Source of the DNA: a virus
Lineage: Duplodnaviria; Caudoviricetes
Virus record (IMG/VR): IMGVR_UViG_3300032233_002657
Coordinates: 117,490 to 181,489 of that record
DNA: 64,000 nucleotides
Direction: 5' to 3' (one strand)
A model generated the notes under the pieces. That model had not been told where the DNA came from, did not search any database, and saw nothing but the letters and a program-made list of their open reading frames with translations. Positions 28,605 to 38,042 of this stretch are shown one piece after another (the stretch's first letter is position 1; every line of letters starts with the position of its first letter). The position numbers were made by a program, and so were the translations under genes.

Positions 28605-29642
28605 TTAGTCCTTATTAATTAGCCGCTTTAAAGCGTTTCTAGCGGGCTTTATAGAATTTTTAGCTTTGTTAATTCTTACAGGAACTGGAACAGAGTAGAT
28701 GGGCATGCCTTCAGCATTGCGCCTTGAAAGAAACTCATTAAGGTATCGCTCAGAAGCTAAACGCTCTGGATCGTTTTTCTTTGCTTCTCTATACCCTTTT
28801 ACGGTTCCTGCAGTGCCTAACCCTAAAGTTAAGGCGCCTAAAAGTCCGGCGTACCCTTTAAATGCTTTGTCAGCATTGTTAAGCCCGTAGGCCAGGCCTC
28901 CTAGCGCGTTTGAACCAGCACCTACAACTCCTTTGCCTAAGGATAAAGCGCCTGACATTAAGTCAGCCCCTAGGTCAGCAGATTTTTCAAGGTTGTTTTG
29001 CCCTACGCAAGCCTCAGCTAGCTTCTCTAGGTCTGCAGCTAAAGAAGACATCTCAGAACTTGCTGCCTTTTCTGCTACGGCCCTTTCAGCCGTAACAGGT
29101 CGGTTTAATCGGTTGGAGTGTGACTCTATGAGAGCTTCCCCAAACTCTTTCTTGGCTTCTTCTAGCTCTGTTAAATGATCTTCTTTTATTTTGTTCTTTA
29201 AAACGTAGTTCAGCAGCATGTTGCTGCCTATAGCAGGACCGGCGGCCGAAGCTACAATAGCTGGTAAATAGTAAGGGTTAGTTAAAGATTTTAAACTAAA
29301 CGCAGTCTTTACATCGCTATGAGATGATTTCTTTTCTGTGTCCTTATCTGGAGCTTCGGCCAAGTCTTGACTAGGCTTAAATGTTTGTAGCTTTTTAGCT
29401 TTTCCTTTAAACCTTTTCTTTCTTGTTTTTTCGAAGAAGTCACTTGTAGAAGGCAGAGCCTCTTGGCCGGGAACCGGTACTTCTATTACAGGGGAGCCTA
29501 TGCTCATAACTTTATCTCTAAATAGGGCGCCAGGTCTAAGGTATTTGCTCAGCGCTACAGCAGATCCTCCAAGAAGGCTAGCTAGGCCCAACCGCTTCAT
29601 GTCGAAGATTTCTTCGGGACTGAACAATGATTTCTTAAGCAT
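28605..29642 (-). CDS. Hypothetical membrane-like virion protein
   Basis: 345 aa; hydrophobic Gly-rich segments following VKTA and EKSA motifs. Confidence 0.55.
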   Translation of the reverse strand: MLKKSLFSPEEIFDMKRLGLASLLGGSAVALSKYLRPGALFRDKVMSIGSPVIEVPVPGQEALPSTSDFFEKTRKKRFKGKAKKLQTFKPSQDLAEAPDKDTEKKSSHSDVKTAFSLKSLTNPYYLPAIVASAAGPAIGSNMLLNYVLKNKIKEDHLTELEEAKKEFGEALIESHSNRLNRPVTAERAVAEKAASSEMSSLAADLEKLAEACVGQNNLEKSADLGADLMSGALSLGKGVVGAGSNALGGLAYGLNNADKAFKGYAGLLGALTLGLGTAGTVKGYREAKKNDPERLASERYLNEFLSRRNAEGMPIYSVPVPVRINKAKNSIKPARNALKRLINKD

Positions 29643-29996
29643 CTAACTTCTCCTGTTTGGCGCCAGCTTTCCTTGAACGTCAGCCCACTCCATGTGAATG
29701 CTAAGCTTTTTATCTTCAGAGATAATCTTAGTCCTGTCGATTATAACACAGGCCCTGTTGGCGGCTAAGTCTCTAATCTTCGTGTATTCCTTAAGGTCTT
29801 CAGGATTACTAAGGTCAAATATCTTTACTTTAACGTCATACTGAAGAGGTATATTTTCATACTCCTCTTGAGTAGTGTTTGGGGCCATTGGGCCTCCTAA
29901 AATAGGAAAACCCTGAGACGTCGTCCCAGTGGTCTGCCTATATTTAACTCCTACACCACCTAATCCAAACTGACTTAAAATAGCGCTGTCTCTCAT
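29643..29996 (-). CDS. Hypothetical protein
   Basis: 117 aa ORF in operon. Confidence 0.55.
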   Translation of the reverse strand: MRDSAILSQFGLGGVGVKYRQTTGTTSQGFPILGGPMAPNTTQEEYENIPLQYDVKVKIFDLSNPEDLKEYTKIRDLAANRACVIIDRTKIISEDKKLSIHMEWADVQGKLAPNRRS

Positions 29997-30006
29997 GGTC
30001 GTCTTT

Positions 30007-30969
30007 CTAATATCGGGTTATTCCGGACATACCTCTATCACGAGCTCTTCGACGTCTTGTGAGTTCGGCTTGCCGTTTAATAGTTTCGGCTTGCCTATCG
30101 TATTCATTTATAATTTCTTCTTTCAAAAGATCATCTTTATCTGGCAGTGGAGCTTTAAAAGCTTCGTGAATGCCAGGGCCTACTATGTTCTTACCGGCGT
30201 AATAACCGCCGCCAGCTGTTAGTGCTGCGGTTCCTAAAGCAAGAGCCGGTACTGTGCGTATTAGTTCGCCTAAGGCTGCCAAGTTTGCCTTCTTCTCTAC
30301 AGCATGCAAAGCCTGCTTTACTCTTAACTTTATCTCATCGATAGTAAGTCCGTCTTCTATGCACTTAGCTAGAAAGGCTACTTTGAACATTTGTTTGTCA
30401 GTCATAGCTGATCCTTGCTTATCGGCCATAGGGGCTGACGTGGGTGTAGCTGAAGGGGCTGGGGTAACAGAGGGAGCGATAGGGGCAGGGGCTGAGCCTA
30501 CTGCGCCCATAGGGGCCGGGGTTGGAGACGGGCTAGGAGCTGGAGATGGCACTGCTGGCGGTACGTACCCAGGAGACCCTTCGACTAAATCATTTTTGTG
30601 AGGCAACCATTTTTGATTTTTTCTGTCCCAGCCTATGTTGGTATCTAGCGCTTTAGTCTTCTGTGGATTACCGGCAAACCTTTTATAATCAGAGGCGTAG
30701 GTTTGGAATTTCATGTTATCAGAATTTTTGTTAGCTGCCCCTAGCTGCAACCCAAGAAGGGTAGCATGATAACTGTTAGGGTTGTCCCACTCTGCCTGGG
30801 GTATTCCAAACTGATCTGTTATCTTTTTTTGCAGGCTAGGGTGGAGATCCGAGAAGTTCGCCCGCCCTAGCTCTACTCCTCCGTTATTGGCGGCGTACCT
30901 GGCGGCTGAGGCATGGACCTGATCGGGTGTTGATGGTCTTCTTTGTGGGACGGTTACTGGGTTAGGCAT
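30007..30969 (-). CDS. Hypothetical protein with Pro-rich linker and TM-like segment
   Basis: 320 aa; PAPSP linker, FKVAFLAKC...VEKKA module, then a hydrophobic helix. Confidence 0.55.
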   Translation of the reverse strand: MPNPVTVPQRRPSTPDQVHASAARYAANNGGVELGRANFSDLHPSLQKKITDQFGIPQAEWDNPNSYHATLLGLQLGAANKNSDNMKFQTYASDYKRFAGNPQKTKALDTNIGWDRKNQKWLPHKNDLVEGSPGYVPPAVPSPAPSPSPTPAPMGAVGSAPAPIAPSVTPAPSATPTSAPMADKQGSAMTDKQMFKVAFLAKCIEDGLTIDEIKLRVKQALHAVEKKANLAALGELIRTVPALALGTAALTAGGGYYAGKNIVGPGIHEAFKAPLPDKDDLLKEEIINEYDRQAETIKRQAELTRRRRARDRGMSGITRY

Positions 30970-30973
30970 GATG

Positions 30974-31342
30974 TTATCCTAGTATAATTCCTGAGTTAGT
31001 TACGCCCTTCTCTACGCTAGCCCCGGTTGACCAAATCTTTCGGTTGTCGTGCGCTAATTGCTTAGCTACTCTAGGATCCGTAGGATCCCCTTGCTCTTTG
31101 GCTTCCTGTACACACAGCATAATATCCCTAGCTGCTGAAATCAACTTTTGCTTGTCGTCATAGTGTTGAGCCCTTGAGGCTTCTTCAAATAAAGCCTTAG
31201 CTCTCTTGCGCATGACCGCCGTCGGTTCTACTTTAGTTGACCCGTCTCGCCCGTCGTAAATGTTAACTAGACCGTGCTCGGCCCAAAACTCTATTTGGTT
31301 ATACTTGTAAGCTTTTTTAGTATTTATAACCGGAATATCCAT
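30974..31342 (-). CDS. Hypothetical protein
   Basis: 122 aa, GAGG RBS, own promoter candidate. Confidence 0.6.
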   Translation of the reverse strand: MDIPVINTKKAYKYNQIEFWAEHGLVNIYDGRDGSTKVEPTAVMRKRAKALFEEASRAQHYDDKQKLISAARDIMLCVQEAKEQGDPTDPRVAKQLAHDNRKIWSTGASVEKGVTNSGIILG

Positions 31343-31369
31343 GTGGTCCTCTTTTCCTATTAATTAAGA

Positions 31370-31398
31370 ATAATACACTAATCTAACTAGCATGTCAC
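31370..31398 (-). promoter_or_regulatory. sigma70-like promoter upstream of the RNAP-containing operon
   Basis: Minus strand GTGACA-17 nt-TATTAT. Confidence 0.45.
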
Positions 31399-31405
31399 CT
31401 AGTAT

Positions 31406-32716
31406 TTAGTGCCCGAACAGGCCCGGCACTATGGTTTTTATAGCCCCAGCCATAATCCCAGCGTTCTGTAATGTACGCTGCGCCTGAGGGGTAAGCCCAG
31501 CCAAAGCTCCAAGGACTTTACCGCCAATGGTTGCCTGTGCATAGCCCGCTCCCATTCCTATTCCTATTTTAGCTATGTCCATGGGGGTTATGAATCCTGA
31601 GCTGCCGTTGAGAGTATTAGCTGCCCCTACGATACCCATTGTGGCGGCTTGCATGCTTGAAGAAGAGAACGGGTCGCCCATGACTACTCTGTTAAAGGCA
31701 TCCACAGGAATAGGGGCTAAGTAAAGAGAGTCACTGTTGCCAAAGAAGTCGGCTGCCTTCTTCATCTCGTCAGAAATCTGTGGCTGTATATCTGACAAAG
31801 AGTCAGAGGCTTGTTTTAAATTAGAGTTACCAAATAAGACGTTTGGTCTTATAAAAGAGTTAAATGAGGTTCTGTGCCTATCTGGGTTAGATGGGTCGTC
31901 CCAATTAGACATGCCTACGCCGCCTAGCGCAGCCCCAGGCAGAGCTCCTAACGCTCCTCCAAGTACAGCTAGCCTTTTTCGAAGCTTCCCCTTTTCAAAG
32001 ACCTCAGGGGCAAACGTTTCAGCCAAAGCACCTGCTCCGTACCCTAGACCCGCAGTTAAAGCTCCACCGGCTATCATAGATGCCAACGGAGTGGCTCCGC
32101 CTATGGCGTCGGTAAAACCAGATGGCTTTATCGCAAATGCCTGAGCCATCGGGCCAGCTACACTTGATATGGTTGTAGCAGACTTCACTAGTATCCAAGG
32201 GCGGTTTAAGTTAGGGCGCCCTATCTTATGATGAATTCCATTTTTCTCTAAAACTGTGGAGACGTCTCCACTCGGAATGGCTCCATAATCGTCCACTAAA
32301 ACCTTGTCGTTTAATGGGCTTACCCAAGCTCGCATATTTGGAAGAAGCGCCCTTGCAACCTTTTCAAAAATAGATTTTGCAGCTGATGTGTAAGTGTTGA
32401 CAAGCTCAGGCACATAGCTCCAGGATAAATCTGATGAAATTTTATTTAAGGCTTCTTGCCTCTTTATCGTATAAGGGATAATATCTCTTGGAGCGTGGAC
32501 TTTGAATGATGTAGGCACGTGCGTAACTCCCACAAATTTCTTGTTAAGATCGGAATCTATGAGGAAATCTTCAGGTCTGCTCATAAACAGATTCCTTAAT
32601 ATTTTGTTCTTCTCATGATAATTTTTACCGTCCGACATGGCTTTTGCTTGCAACAGCAAATGAAGGTCGGCTTTGGGGTTGCGTTCTACCTGTGGCTGCA
32701 TTACAAAATCCTCCAC
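31406..32716 (-). CDS. Glycine-zipper protein (multi-module)
   Basis: 436 aa (possible ATG start at 32701); Gly-zipper hairpins after VKSA and MKKAA; no Cys. Confidence 0.55.
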   Translation of the reverse strand: MEDFVMQPQVERNPKADLHLLLQAKAMSDGKNYHEKNKILRNLFMSRPEDFLIDSDLNKKFVGVTHVPTSFKVHAPRDIIPYTIKRQEALNKISSDLSWSYVPELVNTYTSAAKSIFEKVARALLPNMRAWVSPLNDKVLVDDYGAIPSGDVSTVLEKNGIHHKIGRPNLNRPWILVKSATTISSVAGPMAQAFAIKPSGFTDAIGGATPLASMIAGGALTAGLGYGAGALAETFAPEVFEKGKLRKRLAVLGGALGALPGAALGGVGMSNWDDPSNPDRHRTSFNSFIRPNVLFGNSNLKQASDSLSDIQPQISDEMKKAADFFGNSDSLYLAPIPVDAFNRVVMGDPFSSSSMQAATMGIVGAANTLNGSSGFITPMDIAKIGIGMGAGYAQATIGGKVLGALAGLTPQAQRTLQNAGIMAGAIKTIVPGLFGH

Positions 32717-32807
32717 CCCGATAGTAACAACTATTAGCTCTTCAAGCCATAGTTGATACTGTGTATGCAGGAATTACTTAACTTAGGTGAAATAGGAGAT
32801 TCAGTAA

Positions 32808-35069
32808 ATGGTCCCAGTTAGCAAAAAAAGTACAAGTGTAGGCGTAAAGAAAGTAGAAAAAAGAAACGGTAGTGTAGATGACTTTGATGTGCAGAAAATA
32901 GCATTAGCTATAGAGCGCTGCTTTAAGAACGGCCTTCAGAGCACTGATGAAGAAGCTCAGGTAGCCGGAATTAAAGTTTCAAAGGCAGTTGTCAACATTC
33001 TTAATAAAAGGGTCGACGAAGAAGTCATAACCGTAGAAGCCTTGCAGCGTCTTGTGATTCAGCAGCTTTGGGCTTTAGGTCACTTCGAAGCCGCAGAGCA
33101 ATATACTCTGTTTAAAGAAAAAAGAAGGCAAGAAAGAATAGCTCACCCAGTTGACGCTGAGCTTAGAAAGTTAGTGGAAGAGGATTCTGTATATTTTCCA
33201 TCTGCGCTTCAGTACTACCAGTTCATTAGCAAGTTCTCCAAGTGGGACGAAGTCCTAGGCAGAAGAGAGACATGGGGAGAGTGTGTTAATCGAGTTATGA
33301 ACTTCTTTACCAAGCAGACCTTTGGTGAAAAGCTTACTAAGATAGAAATAAAAGAACTTAGAGAGTCACTTCTTAAGATGGACGCTACTCCAGCCATGCG
33401 AGTTATTCAGATGGCAGGGCCCGCGCTAGACCGTTGCCATGTAGGAGTTTACAACTGCAGCTACATGCCTCTATGCGACATACGATCTTTTAGTGAACTG
33501 CTATATATTCTTATGCAGGGCACTGGGGCTGGGTTTTCCGTAGAGCGTAAGTATGTTGAACAACTTCCAGCTGTAAGAAGGCAGATAGGAAAGCCTCCAG
33601 CAAAAATGGGCGTCATGGACACCACCGAAGGTTGGTGCGATGCTCTGTTCGCAGGAATGGATGCTTGGTTCAACGGTAAAGATATAGAGTTTGATTTTAG
33701 TAAAGTAAGACCAGCTGGCGCTAGGCTAAGCATCAAAGGCGGAAGAGCTAGCGGGCCTGGGCCTCTAAAAGATTTGCTTCAGTTTGCTAGGACTCTTATT
33801 CTGTCTAGACAGGGTAGGTCATTGTCTGACATAGACTGCCATGACCTAGCGTGCATGACTGGAAAAATAGTTCAGGTAGGCGGAGTTCGCAGAGCCAGTG
33901 AGATATCCCTCAGCGATCTTGATTCTGCAGAGATGAGAGGAGCTAAGTCAGGTCCTTGGTGGCAAAACTCTATTCATCGGTCTATGGCTAATAACTCTGC
34001 TGTTTATAACGTTAAGCCTAACGCTATAGATTTTATGGATGAGTGGCTTTCTTTAGCAAAGAGCGGCTCTGGAGAAAGAGGAATATTTAACCGAGACGGA
34101 GTTCTTAGAAGTCTTCCAGAAAGAAGGCAGCAAAAAGACTTCGGTACAAATCCCTGCGCGGAGATTATTTTAAGGCCTTATCAGTTTTGTAACTTATCTA
34201 TCGTTGTAGCAAGAGAGAACGATACGGTAGAAAGCCTTAAGCGCAAAGTAAAAGTAGCCGCCATCTTCGGCACTATGCAGAGCTGCCTTACTGACTTCAA
34301 GTACATTCGTAGGGAATGGAAAGATAACTGCCAAGAAGAAAGATTACTAGGGGTGGACATTACAGGACAAATGGACTGCCCGCTTTTGAGGCCTGGCGCT
34401 GAAGGCAGGGACGAGCTTCTTAAAAAGTTAAGGGCCATAGCTGGAAAGACAAACGCCGAATACGCTGAAAGGTTTGGTATAAACAGGTCTGCGTCGGATA
34501 CCTGTGTAAAGCCGTCTGGGAATAGTTCAGTGATGTTTGGCTGCTCTTCTGGTATACATGCCAGGTTTGCATCCCACTACGTACGCAGAGTTAGGGAGCG
34601 CGCGGACAGCCCTGTAGCTCATATGCTAGTCGATGCAGGGGTTCCTTGGATTCAAGCTCCTGAAGATCCTTCGCTTATATGCTTTGAGTTTCCTTGCGCT
34701 GCTCCAGCAGGGGCTGTAACAAAGGATGACCAAACAGTAATAGACCAATTAGACAACTGGTTATGCTGGAAGAAGAACTGGGCAGAGCACTCTGTATCCG
34801 CAACCATTTACGTTGAGCCAGAAGAGTGGCTGACTGCAGGCCACTGGGTATACGAAAACTTTGACGCTATATCTGGGCTTAGTTTTCTTCCTAGGGATAA
34901 CGGCACCTACACCGGAACTCCTTACGAAGAGATAACGGAAGCGGAGTACAACAGCCGAGTGGAGACGTTTCCAAAGGTAGACTGGGCTAAGCTCTCTAGG
35001 TATGAGAAAACTGACCACACTGAGTCAGCTCAAACCTACGCCTGCACCAGTGGCGGATGCGATATGTAA
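32808..35069 (+). CDS. nrdJ: Class II (adenosylcobalamin-dependent) ribonucleotide reductase with ATP-cone
   Basis: N-terminal ATP-cone (VEKRNG..FDVQKIALAI), YNCSY, GGVRRA, TNPCAEI, VKPSGN, C-terminal CTSGGC; no nrdB partner adjacent. Confidence 0.88.
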   Translation: MVPVSKKSTSVGVKKVEKRNGSVDDFDVQKIALAIERCFKNGLQSTDEEAQVAGIKVSKAVVNILNKRVDEEVITVEALQRLVIQQLWALGHFEAAEQYTLFKEKRRQERIAHPVDAELRKLVEEDSVYFPSALQYYQFISKFSKWDEVLGRRETWGECVNRVMNFFTKQTFGEKLTKIEIKELRESLLKMDATPAMRVIQMAGPALDRCHVGVYNCSYMPLCDIRSFSELLYILMQGTGAGFSVERKYVEQLPAVRRQIGKPPAKMGVMDTTEGWCDALFAGMDAWFNGKDIEFDFSKVRPAGARLSIKGGRASGPGPLKDLLQFARTLILSRQGRSLSDIDCHDLACMTGKIVQVGGVRRASEISLSDLDSAEMRGAKSGPWWQNSIHRSMANNSAVYNVKPNAIDFMDEWLSLAKSGSGERGIFNRDGVLRSLPERRQQKDFGTNPCAEIILRPYQFCNLSIVVARENDTVESLKRKVKVAAIFGTMQSCLTDFKYIRREWKDNCQEERLLGVDITGQMDCPLLRPGAEGRDELLKKLRAIAGKTNAEYAERFGINRSASDTCVKPSGNSSVMFGCSSGIHARFASHYVRRVRERADSPVAHMLVDAGVPWIQAPEDPSLICFEFPCAAPAGAVTKDDQTVIDQLDNWLCWKKNWAEHSVSATIYVEPEEWLTAGHWVYENFDAISGLSFLPRDNGTYTGTPYEEITEAEYNSRVETFPKVDWAKLSRYEKTDHTESAQTYACTSGGCDM

Positions 35070-35072
35070 TGT

Positions 35073-35128
35073 CTGATAGCTAAAAAAAATCACCTCCATG
35101 TTCTTAAGAACTGGAGGTGTTTTGTTTT
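35073..35128. terminator. Bidirectional terminator with conserved CTGATAGCT-A8 flank
   Basis: CACCTCCA-T-GTTC-TTAA-GAAC-TGGAGGTG stem, A8 on the left and TTTTGTTTT on the right, between convergent genes. Confidence 0.8.
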
Positions 35129-35132
35129 AATA

Positions 35133-35657
35133 CTACTCCTCAGAGTAGGATAGTTCTGGATATTGATTGACCTTATTCTTTATCTTGCCCACGGCGTCCA
35201 GAATTCTCCTGCCCTGGTTGGGCACTTCCTTCTGCCAAACCGTCCAACGGGGGTCGTTGGGGTCATTTAAAAGCTTCTGTAGCTCCTTGTCCCCGAGACC
35301 GGGGAAGATCCCTTTGAGGGTGGTATCCCAAGTAACCGCAGCCGCTGCCGCAACCAAGCCCTTGGAGGGGGCTCTCCCCGAGGTCTTTTTGAACTCCGCC
35401 GCAAATGGGCCAGAGAACCCGGTGCACCAGCCCTCGTAGACGGGGCCGGTTAACACCTCCAGTCTAACCCCCGCGTAGAAAATACTATGGTCACCCATCC
35501 CGCCCCTCATGGGGGCGGCTATCACCGCCGCCGCGGCTTGGGACGCAGCGTCGATAGCCCCCGCCTTGGGGGCGGAGGTGGTGGCGGCAGTGCCCCCACA
35601 GGCGGTGCCGAAAACAACAATAGCAGCTGACAAAACCAAAGTTGTAATTTTTTGCAC
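35133..35657 (-). CDS. Putative lipoprotein
   Basis: GTG start with AGGAG RBS; signal peptide MQKITTLVLSAAIVVFGTA-C (lipobox-like); visibly GC-richer than its neighbours. Confidence 0.65.
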   Translation of the reverse strand: MQKITTLVLSAAIVVFGTACGGTAATTSAPKAGAIDAASQAAAAVIAAPMRGGMGDHSIFYAGVRLEVLTGPVYEGWCTGFSGPFAAEFKKTSGRAPSKGLVAAAAAVTWDTTLKGIFPGLGDKELQKLLNDPNDPRWTVWQKEVPNQGRRILDAVGKIKNKVNQYPELSYSEE

Positions 35658-35747
35658 GGTATTTCTCCTTATAAGAGAGGGCTACCAACCCATGATAACA
35701 ATAGTGAAAAGACCACATCAGTCTCTGAACACTATCGTATACATGTT

Positions 35748-35778
35748 ATTGTGACGCTATTTCGGGCTGGATTAAGCT
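35748..35778 (-). promoter_or_regulatory. Conserved 31-bp upstream motif, copy 1 (putative promoter)
   Basis: Minus strand AGCTTAATCCAGCCCGAAATAGCGTCACAAT; aligns ungapped with the copy at 36848-36878. Confidence 0.6.
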
Positions 35779-36555
35779 CTATTCGTCAAGGGGACGGTTT
35801 AAGTACATATCGCAAATAAAGCCTATAGATAGGCCTTTATTAAGTTTAGTCACGATAGTAGTTCGACTTACTTTAAGATACCTAGCCCAATCGCTAACCG
35901 TCATACTCTTATCATTGTAAGAGTAAAGAACTGGGTTAGCTACCATGTAGGCTATGGGGTTAGCCGCTATCTCGTCTCCGGTATACCCCTGATTAAAAAG
36001 ACGCATGGCTTTGTCGTAGTTAAGGTTGAGAAGAGTGACTAAGCCTCTAAGTCTCATCTTTTTAGAGTTGTACACTACGAACCTAGATTTACTTTTAAGC
36101 CGCCCTTGAGATATAGCGTCTTCTAAACTGTAGCCCCTGCCAAGTCTGGTATTCACTGTCTCGTAGTTTAGATTAAGGTCTTTGCACAGCACCGACAGAG
36201 GAAGCTCCTTACCTTCATACTTTACTATCTTATTATTAGTTTTATTTAAAGCTTGAAGAGGTATTTTAAGCCAAGCTACGTTACCCGCTAAATACCCTAA
36301 AGAATTGTCTATGCGCTCTATGCTGTATTCAGGCTTTGGCTCTGGACACTCGCCTATTTCATTTAGGAAGTTTAAAAAGCTGTACCTAAACAGATCGTCT
36401 ACGGCTAAGCCCTTAGCTCCGTAACTAGCATACCTATGGTGATTAGGGTTATAGCACTTAGATAGAATACGCTGCCATGTTTTGTACTCTTTCCAGAACC
36501 GACCCCCTTTAGTGCTTGATCCCCGTACGTCTTTAGCCGTGAATCTCACTGCCAT
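35779..36555 (-). CDS. Free-standing HNH-type homing endonuclease-like protein with repeated C-terminal DNA-binding modules
   Basis: EYKTWQRILSKCYNP..YASYGAKG...YSIERIDNSLGY..GNVAW, followed by three Y(N/E)xKxMx(L/V)-HTH-like repeats. Confidence 0.75.
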   Translation of the reverse strand: MAVRFTAKDVRGSSTKGGRFWKEYKTWQRILSKCYNPNHHRYASYGAKGLAVDDLFRYSFLNFLNEIGECPEPKPEYSIERIDNSLGYLAGNVAWLKIPLQALNKTNNKIVKYEGKELPLSVLCKDLNLNYETVNTRLGRGYSLEDAISQGRLKSKSRFVVYNSKKMRLRGLVTLLNLNYDKAMRLFNQGYTGDEIAANPIAYMVANPVLYSYNDKSMTVSDWARYLKVSRTTIVTKLNKGLSIGFICDMYLNRPLDE

Positions 36556-36566
36556 TAGGTATCCTC

Positions 36567-36605
36567 CTGATAGCTAAAAAAAAGCCAGGTCATTTCAACC
36601 TGGCT
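36567..36605 (-). terminator. Intrinsic terminator with conserved T8-AGCTATCAG tail
   Basis: AGCCAGGT-CATTTCA-ACCTGGCT hairpin, then minus-strand T8AGCTATCAG. Confidence 0.75.
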
Positions 36606-36619
36606 AGAGACCATGGATT

Positions 36620-36799
36620 CTACCATGATCTCCGCACAGTGATAGACAAGTCTATCTTGTCTATCACTCGATCGTCCCACGGGCTAGCCGTGGTACGGTA
36701 TGTGGTCTCTGCTGAATGAGAGACCTTATTACAACACCTGCACCCGGTGCAGAAATAGGCCAGGGCCAGTGCCCAGACCAATATAGCTACCCTCATCAT
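36620..36799 (-). CDS. Small putative lipoprotein
   Basis: Start at MMRVAILVWALALAYFCTG-C (AAGGAG RBS); signal peptide plus lipobox-like Cys. Confidence 0.55.
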   Translation of the reverse strand: MMRVAILVWALALAYFCTGCRCCNKVSHSAETTYRTTASPWDDRVIDKIDLSITVRRSW

Positions 36800-36847
36800 A
36801 AGCGCTCCTTCGCTAAGAGGTAAAAATGAACCATCGTGGTCCATCTA

Positions 36848-36878
36848 ATTATGACTCTATTTACGAATGAATTAAGCT
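36848..36878 (-). promoter_or_regulatory. Conserved 31-bp upstream motif, copy 2 (putative promoter)
   Basis: Minus strand AGCTTAATTCATTCGTAAATAGAGTCATAAT. Confidence 0.6.
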
Positions 36879-36944
36879 AACCCTGCATATCTATATAAGT
36901 GATAAAATAGTACATTATTACGAAACCTATATGGAGTCGAGAAT

Positions 36945-37601
36945 ATGCAAAGATTTGTAGATATTGTAACTTCCCTTCTGTGCCCACCTGTATTGAAGAG
37001 AAACCCAGCTTCATGGCTAAAGGACCCAGCCCTTATAGAAATGTATACTGGCACTGAAGGAGCTCATAATAGCCCAGACCCAGTAGAGTGCTGGATGCTG
37101 TATAACCTAGCCAAGCTAGCGCCAAATAATGTTTTAGAGATAGGGTCGTGGAGAGGGAGAAGCTCAGCTTTTCTAGCTAAGGGGATAAAAGACAGTAAAG
37201 ACGCTCACACGAATAAAGAAAGAAGATTAGCCTGCCTTGACTGGTTCATCGGAGATAAGACCGGAGGGTCTTCTCCAGATAAGTTTATTATGCTCAAGTC
37301 TCTGATTAAATTTGATGTCAACGCCTTAGTAGATATCTATGACCAGAACATGCTAGAGTTTGATTTCGCAGGTAAGGCACAGAACGTAGATCTAGTCTTC
37401 TACGACGCAGATCACAATACAGAACCAACTAAGGCAGTTCTTAATGCTATACACCCAGTTCTTAATCCTGGGTGCATAGTCACGATGCACGACGCTAACT
37501 GGAATATGACTAGAAAAGCCATCTACGACCTAAGCGAAAAGTACAAGCACATAGGCACTCTCAACGTTTGGGAAGGGTTTGCAATACTTGCAAAGATATA
37601 A
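36945..37601 (+). CDS. Class I SAM-dependent methyltransferase (Methyltransf_24-like)
   Basis: VLEIGSWRGRSS, DLVFYDADH, LNPGCIVTMHD. Confidence 0.85.
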   Translation: MQRFVDIVTSLLCPPVLKRNPASWLKDPALIEMYTGTEGAHNSPDPVECWMLYNLAKLAPNNVLEIGSWRGRSSAFLAKGIKDSKDAHTNKERRLACLDWFIGDKTGGSSPDKFIMLKSLIKFDVNALVDIYDQNMLEFDFAGKAQNVDLVFYDADHNTEPTKAVLNAIHPVLNPGCIVTMHDANWNMTRKAIYDLSEKYKHIGTLNVWEGFAILAKI

Positions 37602-37603
37602 AC

Positions 37604-38038
37604 CTACCCGTCCCAGCCTACCCACTGCTCAGTAACACCTTGAAAATCTGTAGACAGCCTGTAGGAATCACTGTCGAAGTGCTCCGTGGATGTTTCAAAT
37701 ATAACAGAGTCCTCTACCCCGTAGAACTGGTGCACACTTCCCGGCTTAATGTGCCAAGCCTGCCCTGGGTGAAGAGTTTCCTGCAACTTAGGAACGTCAA
37801 AGGCTACACTACCTACTGCGATAGTAGTAGCCTCGCTCTGCTCAGCGTAAACTATTATCACCTTACCAGAGAGGACTACGAAAGTTTCCTCTTTAAGCTT
37901 GTGATAGTGAAAGCTGCAGAACATGCCTTTGTTTATGTGCAAAAACTTACCGCAGTACTTATTCGTATTTACTACCCATATCTCCCTGCCCCATGACTTA
38001 GGGACATAGGTCATAGAGGTCACTAGTCCACTGTCCAT
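37604..38038 (-). CDS. Cupin (sugar isomerase-like)
   Basis: VPKSWGREIW, CSFHYHKLKEETF, IKPGSVHQF, ETST; start taken at MDSG (38038). Confidence 0.8.
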   Translation of the reverse strand: MDSGLVTSMTYVPKSWGREIWVVNTNKYCGKFLHINKGMFCSFHYHKLKEETFVVLSGKVIIVYAEQSEATTIAVGSVAFDVPKLQETLHPGQAWHIKPGSVHQFYGVEDSVIFETSTEHFDSDSYRLSTDFQGVTEQWVGWDG

Positions 38039-38042
38039 TTGA

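Noticed and set aside
32808-35069. Intron or intein in the RNR gene, given the nearby HNH gene
   Set aside because: The frame is continuous, of normal length and has all motifs; the HNH gene is free-standing on the opposite strand.
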